From: a virus
Taxonomy: Duplodnaviria > Caudoviricetes
Direction: 5' to 3' (one strand)
Virus record (IMG/VR): IMGVR_UViG_3300042274_000144
Location: 1 to 64,000 of that record
DNA length: 64,000 bases
Position numbers and translations under genes: made by a program. Numbering within the stretch: position 1 is the stretch's first letter; each line of letters starts with the position of its first letter. Below, one piece after another: positions 35,641-44,951 of the stretch. Under the pieces are notes generated by a model, which was given only the letters and a program-made list of their open reading frames with translations, was not told the DNA's origin and ran no database searches.

Positions 35641-38466
35641 ATGACGGTAGCGAATAAATCCCTTGCCCTGGGCGATCAGGTAGCCAGTTTCAGCAGTAAG
35701 GCGCGAACCCTGCTGAAGGCCCTCAGCAACGGCACCATAGACCCCGCAACGGTAACTGCCAACATCGAGGAGGCCACACGCCTTGCCATTGCAGATGTGA
35801 TGGAGCAATTAGAGGCCCTGGAGGTTACGGAGCTTTCCCGCTACGTTGATGACCAGAGGCGCTTTTCCGATGTGCGCAACGAGATAGACCATGAAGTAAA
35901 GTTCGCGGTTGAGTTTTTCAATTCCCTATACACTTTCTCTGACGTGCTGACAGTGGAAGGGGTTAAGACCGTTTCCGGCGATGATTCAGTGGACGTTGAG
36001 AGTACCGCGAAACTGTCCGTGGGTGAGGACTATGTACTGCAATCCAGCGGCGTACAGGAGATTATCACCCTCAAGGAGATTGTTTCATCCACGCGCTTTA
36101 AGGCCGTGGAGCCTCTTGACAACTCCATGAGCGGCGGCACGCTGACAAAAACCAATTGGACAATAGTTGACAATCAGGCTGTTGCCAACACTGGACAGGT
36201 CTACTTCTCCAAGCCTGTCAATGTGGACCCGGTGACGCTTGCCGGTGGCCGCGCGCGTTCCATTGTGGTACGCCAGAGCACCGCCGCTGACCCCGTGACT
36301 GTGTACTTCCGTGATAGCAACCATGCCGAATGGACGGAAGCGCCCTGGAAGTGGAAACGCAACACCGGCACCGGATTCGTCACACAGCAGTGGGCCGATC
36401 AAAGCAAGATCGACTATGAATACATGGCGCTTGCAACTGGTGATTTTGAACTGAAGATTGTGGCGAATAGTGACAGTACCGTGATTGATTTTATCGCGGC
36501 CATTACCGCTGACACCAACCTGCGCGGCGATCACCACCCGCCTGAAGTGCCTACCATACTGGCACCCATGGACGGGCAGACCGATGTGGGCGAACAGCTA
36601 CCCATGACCATTGCCGACGATGACCACCCCGTTCCGGGCGCAAGGGTCACTGAGGTACGCTTTCAGATGTCTGACACCGGTGGAGATTTCAGCGCTCCGA
36701 TTTACGATACCGGCTTTGTTGACGGTATCGGTGCCACCATGGAGCGTGGCATTATGAGCACGTCCACCACGTACTATCTGCGCGCGCAAGTGCGAGACAA
36801 CGAAGGCGCGGAATCTGAATGGACAAGCGAAGTTTCTTTCACCACGGCAGCGGAGTTTACCGAGGTCAACACTCCGGCCCCCATTTCACCGGATGCCAAC
36901 TCAGAGCTATTATTTCCTGACGGTCTGACGCTTGTTTCATCGGAATTTTCAGTTACCGGCCCGGAAGACACTCACGCTGCATCGCGCTGGGAGATAGCCA
37001 CTGACCCGGCGTTTGAAACCATCGTCTACACTTCGGGAGAGACGGTTACAGACCTGACCAGTCATGTAGTACCGGACGAAACGCTAAGCCGAGGCGGTAC
37101 ATATTATTGGCGCGTATCTCACCAGGGAACAAACGGTGGATGGTCTTGCCCGTCTTCTGCCGTAGTGTTTGAGGTGCGTGCATCTTACCCGTTCGTGTCA
37201 ATTTATGGCGGCGATAGCTACCACTCATTCTATAGTGCGGCGGCAGATAGCGAAGGTAATGTAGTTGTTGCAGGCAACGCCTCACTGAGCAACGATGATC
37301 AGATGCTGCTTTTCAAATTTGCCAACGACGGAACAGTGCTCTGGGCCAAGTCTTTAGGCGGTGGGTATTCCGACACTTCAGGCGAAGTGTATGTAGATGA
37401 TAGCGACAACATATATCTTTCAGGTTATGAAGCCAGCTCGCAGGCCGCAAACACAAACGCCTACCTTGCCAAGTTCGATTCGAACGGCAGCATGCAATGG
37501 CAGAAGCGGTACTCAGGTGCAAGCACCGACCGCTTTGCTGATATAGCCATAGACACTGCCAATGGATTTATTTACGCGGCAGGAAACGAACACAGCAGTA
37601 ACGGAACAAGCGAAGCGCTGATCTGCAAGCTGTCTATAGCCGATGGGTCAATCGTATGGCAAAAACGCCTTGGTGGAGCCCACGCAGAACAGTTCTATGG
37701 TGTCGACATAGACAGCACCGGCGCACCTTATGCTGTTGGATTCGAGAACACTTCCGTTTCAGGCGGTAACATGCGGGCGCTGGTGGCTAAATTCGGCACC
37801 GATGGAACCCTTGCCTGGCAAAACCACTTCGAGACCAGCGGAGTATCTGTTTTGCATTCCGTGGCAATCGATGACAGCGATGGCGTTTACCTGGCTGGTT
37901 TCGGCACCGACGATGCCGGGGATAACAGCGGCCTGCTCGTTAAGCTCACAACCGCAGGGGCCGTAAGCTGGAAGAAATACCTTGGCGGCAGCGGGGAGGA
38001 TCGTTTTTATAGTGTTGCTGTTGATGCCAACGGGAACGTCCTTGTCTCCGGCAACCAGTCTAGCGACATAACCGGCAGTGCCGAGCTTGGACTGCTTGCA
38101 AAGATTGACACATCGGGCACGTTGCTGTGGCAGCGCAGCTTGGGCGATGACGATGCGGAAGCGGACACCTTCTATGGCGTTACGGTGAGCCCGGATGAAA
38201 CCGTATATGCTGTTGGCCTCATGGGAGATACCGGAGGATATTCTTATGCCGTGCTTGCCTCTTTGCTGCCCGATGCTACCGGAGCCAGCGGGCAGATTCC
38301 ATACATAACCACTATGGAGTTCACCACGCCATCGCTGGTGTTGGCAGATAGCGGCATGACCGTAGCTGCATCCTCCCTAACGCTTGCAGATTCCGCGCTG
38401 TCGGTGACAAGTGCGAGCTTAATTCTTGAGGATATTGCCGGGACCGTAACCGTGTCCGGATATTAA
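35641..38466 (+). CDS. Second tail fibre / RBP paralog with beta-propeller tip
   Basis: N-terminal ~540 aa parallel the 30646 protein (GDDSVDV, Fn3 repeats); C-terminal repeats D..GNV.V.G...K....G...W..(S)LGG; no VR. Confidence 0.8.
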   Translation: MTVANKSLALGDQVASFSSKARTLLKALSNGTIDPATVTANIEEATRLAIADVMEQLEALEVTELSRYVDDQRRFSDVRNEIDHEVKFAVEFFNSLYTFSDVLTVEGVKTVSGDDSVDVESTAKLSVGEDYVLQSSGVQEIITLKEIVSSTRFKAVEPLDNSMSGGTLTKTNWTIVDNQAVANTGQVYFSKPVNVDPVTLAGGRARSIVVRQSTAADPVTVYFRDSNHAEWTEAPWKWKRNTGTGFVTQQWADQSKIDYEYMALATGDFELKIVANSDSTVIDFIAAITADTNLRGDHHPPEVPTILAPMDGQTDVGEQLPMTIADDDHPVPGARVTEVRFQMSDTGGDFSAPIYDTGFVDGIGATMERGIMSTSTTYYLRAQVRDNEGAESEWTSEVSFTTAAEFTEVNTPAPISPDANSELLFPDGLTLVSSEFSVTGPEDTHAASRWEIATDPAFETIVYTSGETVTDLTSHVVPDETLSRGGTYYWRVSHQGTNGGWSCPSSAVVFEVRASYPFVSIYGGDSYHSFYSAAADSEGNVVVAGNASLSNDDQMLLFKFANDGTVLWAKSLGGGYSDTSGEVYVDDSDNIYLSGYEASSQAANTNAYLAKFDSNGSMQWQKRYSGASTDRFADIAIDTANGFIYAAGNEHSSNGTSEALICKLSIADGSIVWQKRLGGAHAEQFYGVDIDSTGAPYAVGFENTSVSGGNMRALVAKFGTDGTLAWQNHFETSGVSVLHSVAIDDSDGVYLAGFGTDDAGDNSGLLVKLTTAGAVSWKKYLGGSGEDRFYSVAVDANGNVLVSGNQSSDITGSAELGLLAKIDTSGTLLWQRSLGDDDAEADTFYGVTVSPDETVYAVGLMGDTGGYSYAVLASLLPDATGASGQIPYITTMEFTTPSLVLADSGMTVAASSLTLADSALSVTSASLILEDIAGTVTVSGY

Positions 38467-38492
38467 ATCCGGCAGGCAAAACCTTTAACCAC

Positions 38493-38545
38493 AAAAACCC
38501 GCGCAGATGCACTGTATACACAGTGTAGACTGTTGCGGGTTTTTT
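38493..38545. terminator. Intrinsic terminator after the fibre genes
   Basis: AAAAACCCGC...GCGGGTTTTT with an inner CACTGT/ACAGTG stem. Confidence 0.75.
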
Positions 38546-38618
38546 ATTTATTGTGTAGTGTGGAATGTGACTTAATGCGAATTTTATATACCGCAAACAC
38601 CCACAGGAGCAATTTGCC

Positions 38619-39227
38619 ATGTCTCAATCTACCCGACAGGTTAAATTAAACTTTGACCGCATGACGGAATCTGGCCTGAAACCCCTGACGAAAAAGCTTG
38701 AGGGACATGGCCTTAAAATCACTGACATTAAAGCCACCAACCGGCCTAAACGCGAATCCGGCTTTTTAACCAAGGCCGCAATGTTCGAGTTCGACACCGG
38801 GCAAAAGCTCATGGTGCGCGTGAAGGCAGACGGCACGGTGTTTCAGGTCAAGCTTAATAACCGCGTCATCCCCATTCGCCACGTCGATGACATGGGTAAG
38901 GCCGTAAAGGAAATAGTCGATGCCGTGCAGGACAACGCCAGGGCGTTTGTGAAAGCACGCGAGAGACGCCTTGCTAAAAAGAAGCTGCAAATCGACAAGC
39001 CTGCCCCTATCCGCACCACCCGTAAAGAGAAAATCGAACAGCAGGAAGCCGCCTTGAAGGAATTGCAGTCAGAGGCTGACGGCATTCAGGAAAGAATCAG
39101 CGCTACCACCACCACCCTGAGTGAGAAAACGGGCAGAGTGGAGGAGCTGCAAGCCGAGCTGCAAACGCTTCAGGAGCGAGGCACCACACTGGAGCAACAA
39201 CTTAAAGAGATGACGGAGGCTGCATAA
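38619..39227 (+). CDS. hdf: Hdf-like Dar system protein
   Basis: 202 aa, KRESG...F.FDTGQ...VRVKADG.VFQVKLN...PI pattern, coiled-coil tail; first gene of the operon as in P1. Confidence 0.7.
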   Translation: MSQSTRQVKLNFDRMTESGLKPLTKKLEGHGLKITDIKATNRPKRESGFLTKAAMFEFDTGQKLMVRVKADGTVFQVKLNNRVIPIRHVDDMGKAVKEIVDAVQDNARAFVKARERRLAKKKLQIDKPAPIRTTRKEKIEQQEAALKELQSEADGIQERISATTTTLSEKTGRVEELQAELQTLQERGTTLEQQLKEMTEAA

Positions 39228-39229
39228 CC

Positions 39230-42200
39230 ATGAATCGTGACGATGTAAAAAGCCATATTGACCCCCGGTTTAACGGTATGCGCGTGCGCGGGGGAGAGGA
39301 TTTCTTTGCCAAGGGCTTCACCGAGGGGGAGCTGAATGCAGCCTACTACCAACTGACTGCGGCCCGGCATGATGACTGGATGATCCTTGAGGCTGCCGAT
39401 TTTACCGACGTAGACGCGTTCTACAACCCGGGTGAAGAGGCTGTTCCCGAAGGTTTTATCCTGGAGGCCGTGACCATCGAAAGCTTCTCGCGCACGTCTA
39501 AGCGCATGATGGCCGTGCAGCGCGTACTTGGCAAGCACCTGTCCGACAATGAAATGATCGACCCGCTGGAGCCGATTGTAGGTAAGCCGAAAAAGAGCGG
39601 CAACTTTGCTTACGTGACCGTGCAGCTCCCCTTCACTGACGGCCAGACGGTTTCCATCGTGTTTCACTCCCCGGAAGGTGACAAAAAGAAGATCGGCCCG
39701 AGCGATCAGCTGATTGCCTTCCGTTGGCTGCTCAATAAGCGCGACATTACCCAGGTGGTAGCTCCCGAGGCTGGCAAGGAGGTCAGTCTTGAACAGATCA
39801 GCAAGCGCATTGCGCAGCTGGTTGAGAAAAACCACAAGCGGTTTGTTTCCACACAGAAACAGGCGGTTGAGGAAAAGAAGCGCCTTGAAGAGCTTACCAA
39901 GCAGGCCGAGGATGCCGAGCAGCAGAATCAGGAGCTTGCAGAGCAGCTTTCCGAACTGGCAGACAAGGCCGAATCCGCAGACCTGCGCATCCAGAACACC
40001 CAAAGTCGAATCGACAAGCAGAAAGAGCGCAATGCAGAGCTTGAAGCCGAAATAGCGGCACTGCAGGCCAAGCGCAACGCTGATTCTGTTGGTGGGGATG
40101 CTGGGGGTGATGATGCTAAGTATGACCCTGAATCTGGCAACCCTCTTATTTCTGTTACCGCTGAATATCCGACACTTGAGAACAGAAATTCATGGAGCGG
40201 TGCAGCGCAAGATGTTTTCCATTTTACAGCAAAATCCGCACCCGAGAGCTTTCAGGAAATGGAAAACTTTATGGCGGACATCGCAAAGCAGGCCGGTATA
40301 AGTAAATACGGACGCCCCATTGTATTTAAAGACGATGTTGCATGGAAGGGCATTAAGGGCAAGAAGTACGCTTATGTGGCACGTGTGACAATAGACGGTG
40401 AAGATGGCAAACCAGCAATAAGGCTGGAGGCCAAAATGTCTCCCGACCAGGTTAATGGCGGCTATCGAACCACCAAGAGAAATCTGAATGGTGTTGATAG
40501 TCACAATTCGGTGAAAAGCCTTATCAGATCAGTCTCTCAAAAAGGGGAGCCGATTCCAATATCCCAAAAGGCTTTTGAGGACATTCTTGGTGCTTCCAAC
40601 GTAACTGATGGCGGCAATGCTGACGGCAGCGACACGAAGCAAGAATACAACAATGAATCAGAGGCAATGACTGCTGTCAGCAATGCCATAAAGGAGTCAC
40701 GGCAGCCCGGCTTCGGAAAATTTCGTGACCCTGAGTTTGTGAAAACCATCAATGAGGGTGTTAAGCGTGGGTGGCTCAACAAGAGGTCTGAAACTCAGAT
40801 TGACTGGACAGAGGAAGGCGTTAAGGCTTACCGCGAGCTGATTGCAGACAATAGCAGCGCCAACGACACCCCCGAAATGGAGCCCATCGAAAACCTCCCT
40901 GAAGGCTGGGAGCCGGTAAAAACCGAGATTGGCATTACCTATCGCAAGACCGTTAACGACGCCACGGTAGGCATTGAGGTGACACGGCGTGATGATGGAA
41001 CATTCAACGTCGAGCGTGTTGCCAAGGGCGGTGAAGAGCGCAGCAACCATGCCATTGCACAGGATGAAAAAAGGGCCGAGCGCCTTGCCCTGGAGCAGAT
41101 GAGCCAGGTTGATGCTGACTTTCAGCAGGGCGACAGTGACACGCCCGATGATGACGATGCCGACAAGCCAGCGCCAGCCATCCAGCCTGCCAAAGAGCAG
41201 AAGGGCAACCCGGCAAAGCGCATTGCCAAGCTGGTGCATAACCTTGGTATCGAATCCAAGATAATGAAGCCGGAGTTTTACGCCAAGGTGCCGAACGATC
41301 CGTACTTGGACCTTGTAATTGAATCGCACAAGGCCCCTGAAGGTGATGGGCTGCTGCTGTATTTCACCCACTACATCGAGGAGGGCGGCGACAAGATCAT
41401 TGATTCTGAGATTGTCATGCTGACCTACCCCGAAACCGGCCTGCTGAAGATGGTAGAGGTTGCCGGGCGCGGTCCACGCGGTGAGTTCCGCAGCAAAGAC
41501 AACTCTTTTGCCAACATCATTACCAAGAACCTGATTGACCAGGGCTTTGATAAGCAGGCGGTGAATGTGATTGGTGAGGGTGAGGGTCAAGGTGAAGGGG
41601 AGCCGGAACCTGACACCCGCGAACCTAAGCTCCCCGAGCCCACAAGCCGACAGGATGGTACAGCCGACAAGCACATTGAAGTTGAAATCGAGGACTTGCC
41701 CGCATTTGGGAAGGCCGAGATATTGAATGTCGGCAGCGAGAACATCTATGTCAAAAAAGATGGTCTGTTCTATTTCGCCAAGGTCTACAGCACCGAGAAG
41801 TACCAGCCGGGCATGTACGATTTTGCCAACGACAAGCCGGTAGATGAAGGCGCAAGCGCCAACTTCTCCCCCGGCGATACCGTGTATTTCTACCATGAAG
41901 CCAAGGGCGAATATGTGGAGGCCAACTATCGCGGTCCGCAGGGCGATGACAAGGCTGTTGTCGTTTACGACGGCTCAAACTGGACGCTTGGCAATGATGA
42001 GCTTTTTGCTGAGAAACCGGCAGAGCCAAGTGAGCCCGAACCCGATACCGCAAACCCGGCAGTAAACGCGGCCCGCGAAACCCTGCAGTCCATCATTGAC
42101 GGCGATTACGACAATGACCCGGACACGCTGGATAAGCTGCTCGACCAGGCGGCTGAAACGCTCGAAGAGGCCGGGGTTGACCTTGACGCTGACGAACAGA

Positions 42201-42262
42201 TCAACGCGGCAGCCGATCACGCAGCAGACCTTGCGATTGCGGCAGCCAAGGAGGTGCAGTAA
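39230..42262 (+). CDS. darA: DarA-like defence-against-restriction protein, extended
   Basis: DarA_N-type FTDGQTVSIVFH.P...WLLNKRDITQVVAPE.G...L.EKN..RF; coiled coil; acidic C-terminal helix bundle. Confidence 0.8.
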   Translation: MNRDDVKSHIDPRFNGMRVRGGEDFFAKGFTEGELNAAYYQLTAARHDDWMILEAADFTDVDAFYNPGEEAVPEGFILEAVTIESFSRTSKRMMAVQRVLGKHLSDNEMIDPLEPIVGKPKKSGNFAYVTVQLPFTDGQTVSIVFHSPEGDKKKIGPSDQLIAFRWLLNKRDITQVVAPEAGKEVSLEQISKRIAQLVEKNHKRFVSTQKQAVEEKKRLEELTKQAEDAEQQNQELAEQLSELADKAESADLRIQNTQSRIDKQKERNAELEAEIAALQAKRNADSVGGDAGGDDAKYDPESGNPLISVTAEYPTLENRNSWSGAAQDVFHFTAKSAPESFQEMENFMADIAKQAGISKYGRPIVFKDDVAWKGIKGKKYAYVARVTIDGEDGKPAIRLEAKMSPDQVNGGYRTTKRNLNGVDSHNSVKSLIRSVSQKGEPIPISQKAFEDILGASNVTDGGNADGSDTKQEYNNESEAMTAVSNAIKESRQPGFGKFRDPEFVKTINEGVKRGWLNKRSETQIDWTEEGVKAYRELIADNSSANDTPEMEPIENLPEGWEPVKTEIGITYRKTVNDATVGIEVTRRDDGTFNVERVAKGGEERSNHAIAQDEKRAERLALEQMSQVDADFQQGDSDTPDDDDADKPAPAIQPAKEQKGNPAKRIAKLVHNLGIESKIMKPEFYAKVPNDPYLDLVIESHKAPEGDGLLLYFTHYIEEGGDKIIDSEIVMLTYPETGLLKMVEVAGRGPRGEFRSKDNSFANIITKNLIDQGFDKQAVNVIGEGEGQGEGEPEPDTREPKLPEPTSRQDGTADKHIEVEIEDLPAFGKAEILNVGSENIYVKKDGLFYFAKVYSTEKYQPGMYDFANDKPVDEGASANFSPGDTVYFYHEAKGEYVEANYRGPQGDDKAVVVYDGSNWTLGNDELFAEKPAEPSEPEPDTANPAVNAARETLQSIIDGDYDNDPDTLDKLLDQAAETLEEAGVDLDADEQINAAADHAADLAIAAAKEVQ

Positions 42263-43248
42263 TGACCTTGTCATTCAAGGAGAAGCGCGAACTCACAAAG
42301 ATAGTCACAGGCAAAACCACCGAGATTCAAAATGGCGGGCTGTCGTTCAAGGAAAAGCGGGCCGCAACCAAGGCCCTGAACGATGCCGTTGTTAAGCTGA
42401 ACGGCAAGATTGACAGCATGGACAAAAAGGGGGCCGACACGCCCCCTGCACTCCAGGACCTGATTGACGGCAAGTTCAATGACCTTACGCCGGTTCAGTT
42501 TATTGCCAAGCTCGAAGAAATCAACAAGGAGCTTGACAGTGTTGACCCGCTCAAAGAGCCCACGCTGAATTACATCGAGGCCAAGCAGGAGCAAGGCGTA
42601 CTCGAATCCGCAGACATGGAGGCACTTCAGGCGTTTGGGCGCGGCATGGGTCAGGAAAAGCCACAGCAGGGCCATGGTAGCGCCGTGCGCGTCATGCCGA
42701 TTGCCGGGCCGGGGCAGCGTAACCCGAAGGCTATTACCATTGACATTGACGGCAACTTTACCGAGCCCGAGACCTTCCGCGAGATCATCCACACCATTGA
42801 GCAGGCAACACCCGGCGATGAAATAACGCTGAAGATCAACTCTCCCGGTGGGCGCACCGATTCGGCGCAGGCGGTGTACGTGGCGCTGCTTGAAACAGCG
42901 GCAAAGACCATTGCCAAGATCATCAACGCGGCCTCCTCCGGCTCTATCGTTGCCATGGCTTGCGACGAAATCCAGACAACGCCGTTTTGCACCATGATGA
43001 TTCACAATGCCAGCGGTGGCACACGCGGCAAAATGGGCGACATGAGGGCGCAGACCACCTACCATGAAAACCATTTCCGCAAGTGGTTCGGGCAGCTCTA
43101 TGCTGGATACCTAAGTAACGAGGAAATTGACGACCTGATGAAAGGGCAGGACTTCTGGCACGAAGAGGACGAAATTAAAAAGCGCCTTGAAAACTGGAAG
43201 CCCTTGCGCGAACGCCTGCAGGAAGATGGATCAGTGGTGGAGGCGTAG
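42262..43248 (+). CDS. DdrA-like N-terminal module fused to a ClpP-family (S14) serine protease
   Basis: LSFKEKR duplicated N-terminus; INSPGG, AASSGS, MIH, DFW ClpP motifs. Confidence 0.8.
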   Translation: MTLSFKEKRELTKIVTGKTTEIQNGGLSFKEKRAATKALNDAVVKLNGKIDSMDKKGADTPPALQDLIDGKFNDLTPVQFIAKLEEINKELDSVDPLKEPTLNYIEAKQEQGVLESADMEALQAFGRGMGQEKPQQGHGSAVRVMPIAGPGQRNPKAITIDIDGNFTEPETFREIIHTIEQATPGDEITLKINSPGGRTDSAQAVYVALLETAAKTIAKIINAASSGSIVAMACDEIQTTPFCTMMIHNASGGTRGKMGDMRAQTTYHENHFRKWFGQLYAGYLSNEEIDDLMKGQDFWHEEDEIKKRLENWKPLRERLQEDGSVVEA

Positions 43249-43354
43249 CGCATGACTACATACAGCACAGTTCCCGGCCAGGTTGAGCGCGGCCTTGAGT
43301 TCATAAGAGCCGCGCAGAACCTGAAAACACTGAAGCAAGGAGTTGCGATAGCCT

Positions 43355-43600
43355 TTGGAATCAATGAGTCGCAACTTGATGAGCGCATTGCTGGTGCGGA
43401 GTTGGCCGAAGGATGAGGACGGAAAGCAGGAATATCAGCCGTTCAACTCAATTCAGAAGGCGAGGAACTATGTGTATTTGAGCCTAACCTTCAAGGATAG
43501 ATACACGAGGGAAGATTATTACTTTTGGGCAACACTTCAATCTGTGCCACAATGGTTTGACGAAGAAAAGGGATTGCCTAAGCTGGGAGAATCAGCATGA
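43355..43600 (+). CDS. Small hypothetical protein (possibly 3' part of a frameshifted gene starting 43252)
   Basis: Fills the gap in the operon and overlaps the next ATG; a 54-aa ORF at 43252-43416 precedes it in another frame. Confidence 0.35.
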   Translation: MESMSRNLMSALLVRSWPKDEDGKQEYQPFNSIQKARNYVYLSLTFKDRYTREDYYFWATLQSVPQWFDEEKGLPKLGESA

Positions 43601-44949
43601 CACCATATTCGTTTCGCATTGAAACACGCCTTGGGCCGCTCAATGTAGAGCTTCCGGAAACAGAGTGGGAAGAACCGGAGGGGGTGCGTCTGCACGCACA
43701 ATCCGACAGCCCGGTAGGTGAGTTTAGGCGCTTCGTGCGCGAGCATGGAATTGGGCTTAATGGAGTACGCTTCTCTGCTGACCTGTTTGCCCCGCAAGAC
43801 CTTCATGCTGCCCTCATACTGAGCGGCAACGACTACTTTTCATCGTGGGAAATAGAGTACGGATATAACCCGCATGACGATGAGGATGAGGACAATGGTA
43901 TCCTTGAATCATCCATCGACAGCGCAGCCAAAGACACCGACACCAAGCCCACCGAAGGGCAAAAACTGCAAGGCAATTACAAGAAGGGTTCCATTTCAAT
44001 AGATGGCCTTAAAGTCAAGATAGAAAACCCCGCAGGCAGCAAGCGCAGTGGCACCGATCCTAACGGTAAGAAGTGGGAAAGCAAGATGTGCTCTCACTAC
44101 GGCTATATTTCCGGCACCGAAAGCAAGGACGGTGACGAAGTTGACGTGTTTATTCGGCCCGGGATCATGCCGGAGGATGCCGTGAGAATGCCTGTGTTTG
44201 TGATTGACCAGGTTGACCCGAAAACCGGCAAGTTCGATGAGCACAAGGCCGTCATTGGACACAGGACTGCGCACAAAGCAAAGGCGGCATACCTTGAGTG
44301 CTACGAGAAGGGCTGGCAGGGGCTCGGCAAAACCGTGCGCATGGAGTGGCGAGACTTCAAAAAATGGGTGCAGGATAAGACTGGAACAAAGAAGCCTGCC
44401 GATGATAGCGTTTTTGAATCAACCCCCCAGCGCGAAGATTATGCTTTCGGCTGCCTCATGGCCTCACTGTCTGAGACCACATCTCAGGCGCTTTCCCATT
44501 TTGCCCGATCCTTGCCTGCCGGAGACATAAAAGAGTATTGCGATACCGGCGAGCCATGGATAGAGGAAAACCACCACATAACAATCAAGCATGGCATTCA
44601 GGACGGCATTACGGTTGACCGTGTTGAAAACGCCATGCCGGGGCTCCCTGTTATGTACGGGAGGCTTGGCAGACTGGCTGTGTTTGAGCACGACAGCTAC
44701 GATGTGCTTTACATCGAGGTCTACAGCCGAGACCTTACGGAAGCCAATCGTGCTATCGCCAACAATTTAACCTCTTACGAAACACAGGATCGTTATGTAC
44801 CCCATATCACCCTGGCATACCTACGCCCTGGTGCTGGCCGCAAGTACACAGGCATGGATTTCTTTTCTGGTATTGAACTGAAGCTCACCGAGATGGTCTA
44901 CACCGACCCGGACGGCAACGCATTCACCTTTTCACTTCAAAAGGGCTGA
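43597..44949 (+). CDS. Three-domain protein: unknown / InPase-like / 2H phosphoesterase (Acb1-like)
   Basis: GNYKKG...IENPAGS.RSG...HYGYI.GT...DGDEVDVF (InPase domain of polyvalent proteins); HITI and YVPHITLAY (two HxT motifs). Confidence 0.85.
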   Translation: MTPYSFRIETRLGPLNVELPETEWEEPEGVRLHAQSDSPVGEFRRFVREHGIGLNGVRFSADLFAPQDLHAALILSGNDYFSSWEIEYGYNPHDDEDEDNGILESSIDSAAKDTDTKPTEGQKLQGNYKKGSISIDGLKVKIENPAGSKRSGTDPNGKKWESKMCSHYGYISGTESKDGDEVDVFIRPGIMPEDAVRMPVFVIDQVDPKTGKFDEHKAVIGHRTAHKAKAAYLECYEKGWQGLGKTVRMEWRDFKKWVQDKTGTKKPADDSVFESTPQREDYAFGCLMASLSETTSQALSHFARSLPAGDIKEYCDTGEPWIEENHHITIKHGIQDGITVDRVENAMPGLPVMYGRLGRLAVFEHDSYDVLYIEVYSRDLTEANRAIANNLTSYETQDRYVPHITLAYLRPGAGRKYTGMDFFSGIELKLTEMVYTDPDGNAFTFSLQKG

Positions 44950-44951
44950 AC

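Noticed and set aside
35641-38466. Second DGR target
   Set aside because: C-terminus is a beta-propeller plus Ser/Ala-rich tail; no TR-like sequence or GARL-type ending seen here or at other ORF ends (visual scan only).
17761-42000. Long antisense ORFs (e.g. 17761-18864, 20887-21837, 25904-26956, 40697-41896)
   Set aside because: Shadow frames of real plus-strand genes caused by codon bias; no motifs or RBS.
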